Below are positions 9,133 to 17,413 of a DNA stretch of 64,000 bases, piece after piece. The stretch lies in IMG/VR virus record IMGVR_UViG_3300034103_001442, positions 32,001-96,000 of that record; one strand, given 5' to 3'. The notes below the pieces were generated by a model, which saw only the letters and a program-made list of their open reading frames with translations, was not told the origin of the DNA and made no database searches. Source of the DNA: a virus. Within the stretch, counting starts at the first letter, position 1, and every line of letters begins with the position of its first letter. The position numbers and the translations under genes were made by a program.

Positions 9133-10112
9133 TGGCTGAGTCTTTAGAAGAAGCAATTGCAGTTGCCAACCAACAGGCTGGGTTAGATCAAAAAAATAAA
9201 AACACGCTTGGTGGTCCAACCAGTTATGCAGCCACAGAAACATTAAGAAATCGTCCTGCTGCAGAGCAATTAAATGCTGAACAAGAATTGGAAACTGTTA
9301 CTGTTGTTTCCCGCGCAAGACCATTTAACATTAATGAATTTAGATCAGAACTCAACACAAATGGAGTTTTGCGTAGCCACAGTTTTACAATGGTTATGCA
9401 ACCGCCAAAAATGTTTTCTGATAATGAACAATTTTTAACTGTTTTTGGTGATGAAACGTTTAGTGGTCCAATCCAAAATCCAGATTTAAGAAATCTAATA
9501 ATGCGTTGTGAATCTGTCGTTGTTCCTGGTGTAAACTTTTTTACATCTGACAATATTAGACGCTATGGTTATGGTCCAATTGAACGTCGCCCATATTTGC
9601 CACAGTTTAACCCAATCACCGCAACATTTGTTGTTGATAGGGCTGCTGAAGTAATTCGCTTTTTTCACCTGTGGAATAATGGTATCATGAACCATGACGT
9701 TTTTGTGGGGGGATTCAATGGCTCTCCAGACACTGTTTCAAAACCATACTTTTTGCGATATAAAGACGATTATATTAGCCCACAGTTGACGATTTTCGTA
9801 TATGATGAAAAATTTCAACAGTCATTTGTTGTTAAATTGAGAGACGCTTACCCATTGACAACAACAGATATTTCAATGTCGTGGGGTGCAACAGATGATG
9901 TTATTAGATACAGCGTAACATTTATGTACACTGATATGGCAATTGATTTCAAGTCGATAGGAACTGGTGGTGGTAAAATACTCGCATCTGCTGACAGTGG
10001 TCCAGATTTCAAAGCGGGCAAAGGTATTGTTGATAAGATTAAAAACCTTGTCAATGGAAAAATTTATTCAGCCCAAGAAAAGATTACAAATAAGATTTTA
10101 AATTCATTTTAA
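9132..10112 (+). CDS. gp54: Tail tube initiator / baseplate-tube junction protein gp54-like
   Basis: CES...PG, YG.GP...PY...F, FF..W, Y.DDY, L.DAYP.....I.MSW, V.F.Y (gp19/gp54 fold). Confidence 0.7.
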   Translation: MAESLEEAIAVANQQAGLDQKNKNTLGGPTSYAATETLRNRPAAEQLNAEQELETVTVVSRARPFNINEFRSELNTNGVLRSHSFTMVMQPPKMFSDNEQFLTVFGDETFSGPIQNPDLRNLIMRCESVVVPGVNFFTSDNIRRYGYGPIERRPYLPQFNPITATFVVDRAAEVIRFFHLWNNGIMNHDVFVGGFNGSPDTVSKPYFLRYKDDYISPQLTIFVYDEKFQQSFVVKLRDAYPLTTTDISMSWGATDDVIRYSVTFMYTDMAIDFKSIGTGGGKILASADSGPDFKAGKGIVDKIKNLVNGKIYSAQEKITNKILNSF

Positions 10113-10130
10113 TGAAATGAGGAGTTGATC

Positions 10131-10841
10131 ATGGCTTTACCGAAAATACAATCACCTACATTTGAAGTGATTATACCATCCATTAACAAAACTGTTTTGT
10201 TTAGACCATTTTTAGTCAAAGAAGAAAAAATTCTTTTAATGGCTCAACAAAGCAATGATGATAAAGATATTATCAAGGCTATCAAGCAAGTTGTCAACAA
10301 CTGTTGTTTAGATGATAAATTAGACATCGACAAACTGGCAACATTTGATCTTGAGTATTTGTTTCTGAAACTTCGAGCAAGATCAGTGAACAACGTTGTC
10401 GAAATTTTATACAAAGATGCAGAAGATGAAAAGGAATACAAATTTTCTATAAATTTGGATGATGTTGAAGTTACGATGCCGAAAAAATCTGAAAAAAATA
10501 TTAAGATCAATAAGAAGTCTGGCATCGTTATGAAATACCCGAACTTGAGCATCGTGGACCAAATTAAAGATTTTAAAGATGAAATGGAGTTTTTAAACTT
10601 CTTCATCATTAAATGTATCGATGAAATTTACGATGAAAATGATGTTTACCCTGCATCAGAACAAACAGATGAAGAGTTGCAAGAGTTCATTGACAATTTG
10701 GATGTGAAAACCTTTGACAAAATCAGAGAGTTTATGGAGAATATGCCAAAACTTGAACATGTTATAACTTATACTAACTCTTTAGGAAAAGAGAAAAAAG
10801 TAACGTTGAGTACACTAAATGATTTTTTTACATTGGGCTGA
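10131..10841 (+). CDS. gp26: Baseplate hub assembly protein gp26-like
   Basis: MALPK...P, FRPFLVKEEKILLMA, FDLEYLFLKLRARSV, MPKL, C-terminal DFF. Confidence 0.9.
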   Translation: MALPKIQSPTFEVIIPSINKTVLFRPFLVKEEKILLMAQQSNDDKDIIKAIKQVVNNCCLDDKLDIDKLATFDLEYLFLKLRARSVNNVVEILYKDAEDEKEYKFSINLDDVEVTMPKKSEKNIKINKKSGIVMKYPNLSIVDQIKDFKDEMEFLNFFIIKCIDEIYDENDVYPASEQTDEELQEFIDNLDVKTFDKIREFMENMPKLEHVITYTNSLGKEKKVTLSTLNDFFTLG

Positions 10842-11008
10842 GTCATACCAGTTTAGCAAATTATTATAACATAATTTTCTCATTGGCTCAGCATCATAAA
10901 TACTCGATAAGTGATATTGAAAATTTGATACCGTTTGAAAGAGACTTGTATGTACAAATGTTAATAGACTTTTTGGAAAAAGAAAAAGAAAAAAGAGAGC
11001 AAAAATAA
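10823..11008 (+). CDS. gp51: gp51-like hub assembly protein ORF, absent from the ORF track; no ATG start, probably reached by -1 frameshift from gp26
   Basis: Own translation: FFYIGLSHTSLANYYNIIFSLAQHHKYSISDIENLIPFERDLYVQMLIDFLEKEKEKREQK*. Matches the NYY..F.L.QHHKYS..E.ENMIP.ER..Y pattern. Confidence 0.8.
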   Translation, partial: FFYIGLSHTSLANYYNIIFSLAQHHKYSISDIENLIPFERDLYVQMLIDFLEKEKEKREQK

Positions 11009-12451
11009 ATGCCATTACCACTAGCAGGAATATTAGGAACCCTCGGAAGAGGAGCAATGTTAGCGAGATCAGTAACGCCAATTGTTTCGGGATTATCACT
11101 CAGCAGATTTGGTATGGGTAGAGTTTTCCCATTTTTGAAAGACACTCTGAAAAAAGGGGCAGAACTGATAAAACGTGGCGGCAAAGGCGTGGCGAAAAGA
11201 ATTCCTACTGCTGCTGCATTATTTCTTGGTCTTAATAAATTTGGCTCCAAATTTGGTGAAGAGGGCGGGGAATTTTTACAACCAGAGCAAAATGGTGGTG
11301 CGCAAAATGGTGGTGCGTTTTCGGAACGTGGTGTACTTGGTGCTGGGGGTGGTGAAGCATTAGGTGCTGCATTACCAAGTTTAAGAAATGCAAACATTCC
11401 ATCGCTGCCAAGTTATAAAAGTGGTAAAGAAGGAGAAACTACAGCCAAACTTCTTTCAATTGCAATTAAATATCTTGCTGGAATTGATGCCACTTTAAAA
11501 AACCAACTTGACGTACAAAGAGCATCATTTACACAAACAAATCAAGCAACAAGAGAAAAAAGTTTAGAGGGTTCCGATATAGAGGGGGGCAGACCTACAT
11601 CATCAATAGTATCAAGGATGAAAAGTGCTGGTGGTGGTATTTTGTCTTTCTTTTCCAGTATGTTAATGAAAACATTACTTTTAACTGCACCATTGATTAT
11701 CAAAAAGATTTCCGACATGGTGGATGGGTTTGATTTTGGTTTTGGTGATGATGAAGAAACCGAACCAAGAGCAACACCTCAAAATGGAATGACAAATCAA
11801 AATGGAATGACAAACGATAGACCATCTACAGGCGTTTTGTCTGTCAGAAACAATAATCCTGGTAATTTGAGATTTGCTAATCAAAGAGGGGCAATAGGAA
11901 AAGACAAAAACGGTTTTGCTATATTCCCAACTCGAGAAGCTGGAATGGAGGCAATGAGGCGTCAAGTCGCAAAGGACACTCAAGAAAGAGGTTTGACATT
12001 AGAAAATTTCATTAAAAAATATGCCCCGCCAAGCGAAAATCCAACTTCTGAATATGTGAAAAACGTTTCAGAAAAAACTGGAATTGCTCCAAATGCAAAA
12101 GTTCCTTCTGATAAAATACCTGATGTTATGAGGGCGATGGTGCTTCAAGAGGGCGGTCAACAGGCAATTCAATATTTTTATAACAATCAAGCCCCTACTT
12201 CTGGACAAATGGTTGCTCAACAAACTTCAGGGTCAGCAGCAAAAATTTCAGAAGCAGCAGTTGATAGAGCCGCCAGAGAAAGCGGAGTGGCAACAACGCC
12301 AACAACACCTGCACCAGTTGTAGTCGCTCAAAACGCACCACCGCCAAGTTCAACGACGGTGACTTCTGGTGGTCCTGGCGACCCAAGCAGTGTAAGTTCT
12401 GATAGAACGTTGATGACTTGGATTCAATACTTTTCACCATTGCAAGCATAA
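11009..12451 (+). CDS. Tail/hub protein (tape-measure/gp29-like position) with putative peptidoglycan hydrolase domain
   Basis: RNNNPGNLR, FAIFPT.E.G, KYAPPSENPT..Y, M...EGG motifs; Gly-rich amphipathic N-terminus; follows gp26/gp51. Confidence 0.7.
   Translation: MPLPLAGILGTLGRGAMLARSVTPIVSGLSLSRFGMGRVFPFLKDTLKKGAELIKRGGKGVAKRIPTAAALFLGLNKFGSKFGEEGGEFLQPEQNGGAQNGGAFSERGVLGAGGGEALGAALPSLRNANIPSLPSYKSGKEGETTAKLLSIAIKYLAGIDATLKNQLDVQRASFTQTNQATREKSLEGSDIEGGRPTSSIVSRMKSAGGGILSFFSSMLMKTLLLTAPLIIKKISDMVDGFDFGFGDDEETEPRATPQNGMTNQNGMTNDRPSTGVLSVRNNNPGNLRFANQRGAIGKDKNGFAIFPTREAGMEAMRRQVAKDTQERGLTLENFIKKYAPPSENPTSEYVKNVSEKTGIAPNAKVPSDKIPDVMRAMVLQEGGQQAIQYFYNNQAPTSGQMVAQQTSGSAAKISEAAVDRAARESGVATTPTTPAPVVVAQNAPPPSSTTVTSGGPGDPSSVSSDRTLMTWIQYFSPLQA
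11288..11317 (+). repeat. 15-bp tandem repeat, 2 copies (QNGGA)
   Basis: CAAAATGGTGGTGCG x2. Confidence 0.85.
11780..11815 (+). repeat. 18-bp tandem repeat, 2 copies (QNGMTN)
   Basis: CAAAATGGAATGACAAA(T/C) x2. Confidence 0.85.
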
Positions 12452-12480
12452 AAAAAGAGGGGTGGCTTTCACCACCCCTC
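12450..12480 (-). terminator. Rho-independent terminator after gp32
   Basis: Minus strand GAGGGGTGG-TGAAAG-CCACCCCTC followed by a T run. Confidence 0.85.
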
Positions 12481-12507
12481 CCAACCCAATCAATCTTCAG
12501 CCGCGAA

Positions 12508-13407
12508 TTAATCCTCGCTAGCAAGTTTCTTGAAGAACTCAAGATCCTCGTCATCATCACTGCTTGTGGCAGTGACTGGAGCCTCCTTCGCCTTGAATGT
12601 AGGTGCTTCAGTAGCATCCTCCGTAGCGAGTTCGGCGCGAGTGTTAGGACGTGGTGCTGAGCCATCAAGACCCAAAACCATATCCAAACGTGCCTTGAGT
12701 TCCGCATAGGACTTGAAGTGCTTCGGGTCAACGAGTTCCTTGAGGGAATACTCCTTGTTCCAAACTTCCTCAAGTTTATCGTCCTCATCGAATAGTGGTG
12801 CGGGGGAATCGAATTCGGACTTATCGTAGTTGCGGTATCCCTCAACATTACGAATTTTCAACTTGAAGTTAGCACCCTTCCAAAGATCGAAAGGATTAAC
12901 TGGCTTTTCATCCTCAAACTGAGGATACATCATATCGTTAATCTTATCGAAAATCTTTTTACCATATCTAAAGAGAAATACTTTACCCTCATTGGCAGGG
13001 TTGGATGAGTCCTTCAGCACCATAATATTTGAAACATAAGTTAGGCGACGCTTTTGCTTACGTGCGAGTTCCTTATCGGACTCAATACCGCTGTTCCAAA
13101 GTTTGCTGTTGTACTCACCAACAGGGTCTTCCTTGTTCAAAGTCGTGAGTGACTTCTCGATATACCAAAGACCGCTTGGTCCTTGGAAACCGTGATCCCA
13201 AATGCGGACAAAAGGAATGTCCTCATTGCCTGGGGCTGGAAGAAAACGGATGAGGGCAAAACCATTACCTGCCTTATCAACCGTTGGCTTCCAATACTTT
13301 TCTTCTTCTTTAGAATTATCGAATGTGTTTTTGTTTAGTTTCTCCAACTCTTTGGTGAGTTTATCGAAACTGCTTGCGCTTGAACGCTTTAGGTCAGCAA
13401 ATGACAT
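12508..13407 (-). CDS. gp32: Single-stranded DNA-binding protein gp32
   Basis: WKP.VDKAGNG.A.IRFLPA, HGFQGP.GLWYIE, YGKKIFDKI, NPFDLW.GANFKLK, NYDKSEF, acidic tail. Confidence 0.97.
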   Translation of the reverse strand: MSFADLKRSSASSFDKLTKELEKLNKNTFDNSKEEEKYWKPTVDKAGNGFALIRFLPAPGNEDIPFVRIWDHGFQGPSGLWYIEKSLTTLNKEDPVGEYNSKLWNSGIESDKELARKQKRRLTYVSNIMVLKDSSNPANEGKVFLFRYGKKIFDKINDMMYPQFEDEKPVNPFDLWKGANFKLKIRNVEGYRNYDKSEFDSPAPLFDEDDKLEEVWNKEYSLKELVDPKHFKSYAELKARLDMVLGLDGSAPRPNTRAELATEDATEAPTFKAKEAPVTATSSDDDEDLEFFKKLASED

Positions 13408-13471
13408 ATGTATCTCCTTGTATATCGTTGTATTACTTTGTATATCGTAGTATATGCCTTGTGGGCATGGT

Positions 13472-13479
13472 TATTTATA
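13472..13479 (-). promoter_or_regulatory. Late promoter upstream of gp32
   Basis: TATAAATA on the minus strand. Confidence 0.7.
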
Positions 13480-15048
13480 TTACTTCGTCATGATCTCGTC
13501 GCCAACAACCAGAACGTCAAGATCACTTGTATCAAATAGTTTCTTTGCGTCATCCACGTATCCAGCAATAGGTGCGCCATTCACATTGAGTGAAGTGTTT
13601 AGCACCATTGGAATACCAGTTTTGCGTCGGAAACTTTCGATCAAGTCTCGGTAAATTGCATATTGTGGCTGCTCATTCACTGTTTGAATTCGGCAAGTAC
13701 CATCAACGTGCAAAATAGGTTTGAATTGAGTCTTATCAAGAGCATCAATTACATAAAGCATATATGGACTTTCATAGTCGCAGTCAAAATATTGGCTGGT
13801 GTATTCATTCAAAATAGATGCACCAAATGGACGGTATGGTTCACGCTTTTTAACACGCTCATTCAAAATGTCCTTACCGTTTTCAACATTTGGGTTCATC
13901 AAAATAGAACGATTGCCCAACGCTCTTGGTCCAATTTCACCATTGCCTTGGTACCACGCTACTATTTTACCCTGAGCAAGAAATTCCGCGGTCTTTTCTA
14001 TAGTGGATGCTGATGGCGTGCTATCAGGTGCTTGATCACTTTGCCAATATGGGAAGTTGCTATTGTCAAACTTCGGCTGGCAGAAAAGTTTACGCAGGAA
14101 CTCAACACAACCCAAACTCAAACCGTCATCTGGACAGTGAGGTGGGATATGCATATTCTTGAAACGTTTACGTAGCGAGGTGTTCACCACGGTGTTTTGA
14201 GCAGTACCGCCCGAGTATGTAATCACATCATCTGGATTTGCATACAGTGAGAAGTAGTCAGGCATCTTGCGCTCACCAAACACATGCATCCAGTGTGATA
14301 GATTAATCAACTGCTGTCTTTCGTCGGGAACTGGAACCAACATTTGGTTGGCTTGCATTGCAATTTGAATGAACTGATTGAGGTGGCGGTAACGCAGTGG
14401 CTCAACAAACTTCATCAAATGGTTGGTCAAATCATCGGGGACATTGTGGAATGACTTGAGTGCCATCAGTTTGCCAGCAATATCAAGAACAATTCCTTCA
14501 ATGCCGATCTTTTGTCCAACCTGTTCCATGGTGACTGACAGCCCCATGTTTTCGCTACGGTCTACATACTCAACGAGTTGGTCATTCTTAAAAATACCAG
14601 AAATGCGACCATGATCACCCAAACCGTCAAGAACAAAATGGGTTGATACTGTATCAAGATCGACAAGTGGCCAACAACTCAAAGTGTGTGAGTAGTGGTG
14701 GTCAACGCGATAAACTGGGCACTTGAATTGCGACCAAAGTTCATTTTTGCTTTTGTCGATTTCAAAGTAGTTCTCATTGATTTGAACTTCACGATCCAAC
14801 TTATGAAGTCCTGGATCATTTGAAATACAGATGCCATCAAGTTCCTGTAGGTCAATACCAAAAATGTCTTTGGCATGCTGAAGTAACTCTGGAACATCAT
14901 CCTTCTTTTCTACATCGCCACCCTTGATGGATGCGGTGTTGTAGTGCTTCTTTTGGACATTGCGTTCAATTTTGGCATAGCGAACCTTGATGCCGTCTGA
15001 ATATGCAATGTTACAATCATGACCGTTACGAATACCTAAAAATTTCAT
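13480..15048 (-). CDS. Carbamoyltransferase (NodU/CmcH/TobZ family)
   Basis: HD, DHH.SH, LDG.GD, GKLMAL, SGG.AQN, DDGLSLG, E.GPRALGNRSIL, KKRE.YRPF, HVDGT.R.QTV, LNTSLN. Confidence 0.92.
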   Translation of the reverse strand: MKFLGIRNGHDCNIAYSDGIKVRYAKIERNVQKKHYNTASIKGGDVEKKDDVPELLQHAKDIFGIDLQELDGICISNDPGLHKLDREVQINENYFEIDKSKNELWSQFKCPVYRVDHHYSHTLSCWPLVDLDTVSTHFVLDGLGDHGRISGIFKNDQLVEYVDRSENMGLSVTMEQVGQKIGIEGIVLDIAGKLMALKSFHNVPDDLTNHLMKFVEPLRYRHLNQFIQIAMQANQMLVPVPDERQQLINLSHWMHVFGERKMPDYFSLYANPDDVITYSGGTAQNTVVNTSLRKRFKNMHIPPHCPDDGLSLGCVEFLRKLFCQPKFDNSNFPYWQSDQAPDSTPSASTIEKTAEFLAQGKIVAWYQGNGEIGPRALGNRSILMNPNVENGKDILNERVKKREPYRPFGASILNEYTSQYFDCDYESPYMLYVIDALDKTQFKPILHVDGTCRIQTVNEQPQYAIYRDLIESFRRKTGIPMVLNTSLNVNGAPIAGYVDDAKKLFDTSDLDVLVVGDEIMTK

Positions 15049-15063
15049 TCAAGTCTCCTCAAT

Positions 15064-15648
15064 TCAACTGAACGTTTCTTTCAATGCCTTCTTACATTTG
15101 AAAACGTTATACTGTACGAATGGTTTATACTTCAGACACTTATTATATATGCCTGGCCAAATAATGGTGTCTTCAATTTTCTTGTTCCAATATGGAAAAA
15201 AGTTGAAGATGTCATTCAGTATGATCAGGGTTTCAATGCTTATTTCTTTACGCAAAAACATCCTGAGTAAGTGTGGATGCTGTCCATCTTTAATTATAAT
15301 GTTTTCATCAAATTTAGTCAATAACTTTTTTGTCTCATTAGAAAAAATATATGTCAATGACTCCTGCTTTTTGAGCCAGTTGTTATAAATTTCCTCAGCA
15401 TCATCACTGAATAAGTCGCCAACCCACTTCAAATCACGTTCGACAAAGTTGGATACCAAAAATTTTTCAGCATCTTTATGCTTGCTCAGTCTATAAAACT
15501 GATACTTGTCTTTGCGTCGCTCAAATGAGTCACTGGTCGCTTTGACCTTTCCCTGGTACTTGAAGTAATCGTACCCACCGTCAAAGTGATATTTGAGAGC
15601 AAGAAATTTTTTATATGCTTCAAATGGACTCATACTCAATGAAATCAT
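15064..15648 (-). CDS. gp59: Helicase loader gp59
   Basis: YK..LALK.HF...YDYFKY.GK, F..RKDKY.F, ISIETL.IL, KYKPF. Confidence 0.9.
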   Translation of the reverse strand: MISLSMSPFEAYKKFLALKYHFDGGYDYFKYQGKVKATSDSFERRKDKYQFYRLSKHKDAEKFLVSNFVERDLKWVGDLFSDDAEEIYNNWLKKQESLTYIFSNETKKLLTKFDENIIIKDGQHPHLLRMFLRKEISIETLIILNDIFNFFPYWNKKIEDTIIWPGIYNKCLKYKPFVQYNVFKCKKALKETFS

Positions 15649-15893
15649 ACAGGCAATTTAGCACGCTTTGGGAGGTAGTTCAAATTCTCATAGTCAGACT
15701 GAAGTTTTGACTTCATCTTTGGATTGCTTTTGACAATTGAGGCGGCAGTTTCAATCTCAATATTGTTTTTCTCGCAAAAGTGTACAACAGCATCCACATA
15801 TGTAATACCGAGGTCATTTACGATTTTATCAATCTCACGAATGAAATTTTCCGATGTCAGTGCTGTTTGCACTACCACTTCTTCAGTTTGCAT
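15645..15893 (-). CDS. gp33: Late transcription co-activator gp33
   Basis: F..EI..IV....YVDAVVHFCE.NNIE.ETA, K.K......LN.LP..AKLP. Confidence 0.88.
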   Translation of the reverse strand: MQTEEVVVQTALTSENFIREIDKIVNDLGITYVDAVVHFCEKNNIEIETAASIVKSNPKMKSKLQSDYENLNYLPKRAKLPV

Positions 15894-15894
15894 A

Positions 15895-16524
15895 TTACCC
15901 CTTGTAAAATAAATGATTGCCTATTTGTCTGACAAATTGTTTGGTCTTTGACCAACTAGGCTCAACATAGTCTGCATGAAAGAATGTCGCATTACCAATT
16001 ATACCGTAGTCACGTTTTAAAATCAATATGTTCTCAGCAATTTTCACGGATTCTTTCCATGATTGGTTACGTCGGACAATTTTGCCATCCTCGCAAACCC
16101 AAGAAAATTGACAAACACCCTTGACCTTTTGGTGAACAACACCACAAACTGTTCTTGGGTATTGTTTACTTTTGACACGGTTCATAGTCACTTCAGCGAC
16201 TGCGACTTTACCAGCATGCGGTTCGCCGCCAGCCTCAAAGTAAATATTTCTCGCCAAGCACTCAACTTCCTTCAGCACTGTCTTTTTCTTTTCATAAGAC
16301 AGGTTGAGAAATTCGACTTTATGATTCAACACTTCAAGTTCCGAAACAAGAAGTTCATTTGTTTCTTTTTGTGCTTCAAGTTTTTCTTGCATCCTGTCAA
16401 CTATGTTATAGGGTACAAACAGGGTGAAGAAAACTAGAGCAAAGAGTCCACCAAATCTCAAAAACAAATTATGATTTCTATCAAAATAGTTTTCAATACG
16501 ATGTAATGTGTCTACTGCATTCAT
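15895..16524 (-). CDS. Cell wall hydrolase (SleB/Hydrolase_2) with N-terminal membrane anchor
   Basis: CLARNIYFEA.GE...GK.AVA.V..NRV, P.TVCGVV.Q, CQFSW, A.FFHA.YV.P.W, IGNH.FY. Confidence 0.9.
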   Translation of the reverse strand: MNAVDTLHRIENYFDRNHNLFLRFGGLFALVFFTLFVPYNIVDRMQEKLEAQKETNELLVSELEVLNHKVEFLNLSYEKKKTVLKEVECLARNIYFEAGGEPHAGKVAVAEVTMNRVKSKQYPRTVCGVVHQKVKGVCQFSWVCEDGKIVRRNQSWKESVKIAENILILKRDYGIIGNATFFHADYVEPSWSKTKQFVRQIGNHLFYKG

Positions 16525-16555
16525 GTGTATTTTGCCTCCATTATTGCAGTTGAAA

Positions 16556-16589
16556 GAAAAGGGTGGACAGTTTTTACACTGCCACCCCT
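16556..16589 (-). terminator. Terminator after the tmRNA coding piece
   Basis: GGGTGGCAG..CTGTCCACCC hairpin followed by TTTTCTTT on the minus strand. Confidence 0.7.
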
Positions 16590-16832
16590 GACTATTCTGT
16601 TACCAAGTAGTCAACTCTGGTATTCTTATACTGCTATTAAGCAGCAAGAGCCATGTCGTAATTGCTATCGTTTGCAGTTACTATTTTGCGCTGATTAAGT
16701 CAGTCGCCTCACTGGTAGCCGTCTGGTTATTACTTGCTCCGTCGAAACTGTGCACCCCCATAGTGGTGGAGGTGGTGGGAATCGCACCCACGTCCGAAAC
16801 ACTTTTAACAGTCAGTTTACTACCATTAGTTT
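16590..16832 (-). ncRNA. ssrA: Circularly permuted (two-piece) tmRNA
   Basis: Acceptor piece first: T-arm GTGGG-TGCGATT-CCCAC, then CACCTCCACCA ending at 16764. A 4-nt spacer CTAT follows. The coding piece starts GGGGGTG at 16759 (7-bp acceptor stem with G3.U70). Tag frame 16675-16637 reads ANDSNYDMALAA*. Outer ends are approximate. Confidence 0.92.
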
Positions 16833-16846
16833 GGTATTTATTTCAA

Positions 16847-17413
16847 TTAAAAAGGCGCATCCTCTTCACCCTTGAGCCAATTGAGAATTGTCTTTGGTGA
16901 AGTTTCGCCATATGGATCAGTTGGGCAGTTGTCCTTTTTGCCAGGCTCAATGAACCACTTTTCAATCTTACCGTTGTCAGCAACCACGGCATAACGCCAT
17001 GAGCGGTATCCAAAACCAAGGTTGTCCTTATCAACTAGCATTCGCATTTTGCTGGTGAAGTTACCACTGCCATCAGGAATGACTTTGACATTTTGAATGT
17101 TCTGAGCCTTTGCCCAAGCATTCATAACGAAAGCATCATTGACTGATACGCAATAAATCTCATCAACACCCTGCGCATTGAACTCTTCATACATTTCCTC
17201 AAACCCAGGCAACTGATAGGTTGAGCAGGTTGGGGTGAATGCACCAGGCAATGAGAAAACAACTACACGTTTGCCACCGAAATAATCATAGGATGAAACA
17301 TCCTCCCAGCGGTATGGGTTTGGTCCACCAACTGATTCATCGCGCACTCGAGTCTTAAAGACTACAGCAGGCAAAACCGTAGGCAAATCTTCTTCAAAAT
17401 TATCATCAAACAT
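16847..17413 (-). CDS. Peroxiredoxin (Prx5/redoxin type)
   Basis: VVVFSLPGAFTPTCS, YCVSVNDAFVMNAW, IPDGSG.FT, LGFG.RSWRYA. Confidence 0.93.
   Translation of the reverse strand: MFDDNFEEDLPTVLPAVVFKTRVRDESVGGPNPYRWEDVSSYDYFGGKRVVVFSLPGAFTPTCSTYQLPGFEEMYEEFNAQGVDEIYCVSVNDAFVMNAWAKAQNIQNVKVIPDGSGNFTSKMRMLVDKDNLGFGYRSWRYAVVADNGKIEKWFIEPGKKDNCPTDPYGETSPKTILNWLKGEEDAPF

Noticed and set aside
10894-12848. Minus-strand ORFs 10894-11397 and 12195-12848
   Set aside because: They are antisense or out-of-frame shadows of the tail protein and gp32, and the second crosses a terminator
16764-16800. tRNA-like T-arm and CCA end
   Set aside because: No D-arm or anticodon arm upstream; it is the acceptor piece of the permuted tmRNA. 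No true tRNA gene was seen in the window.
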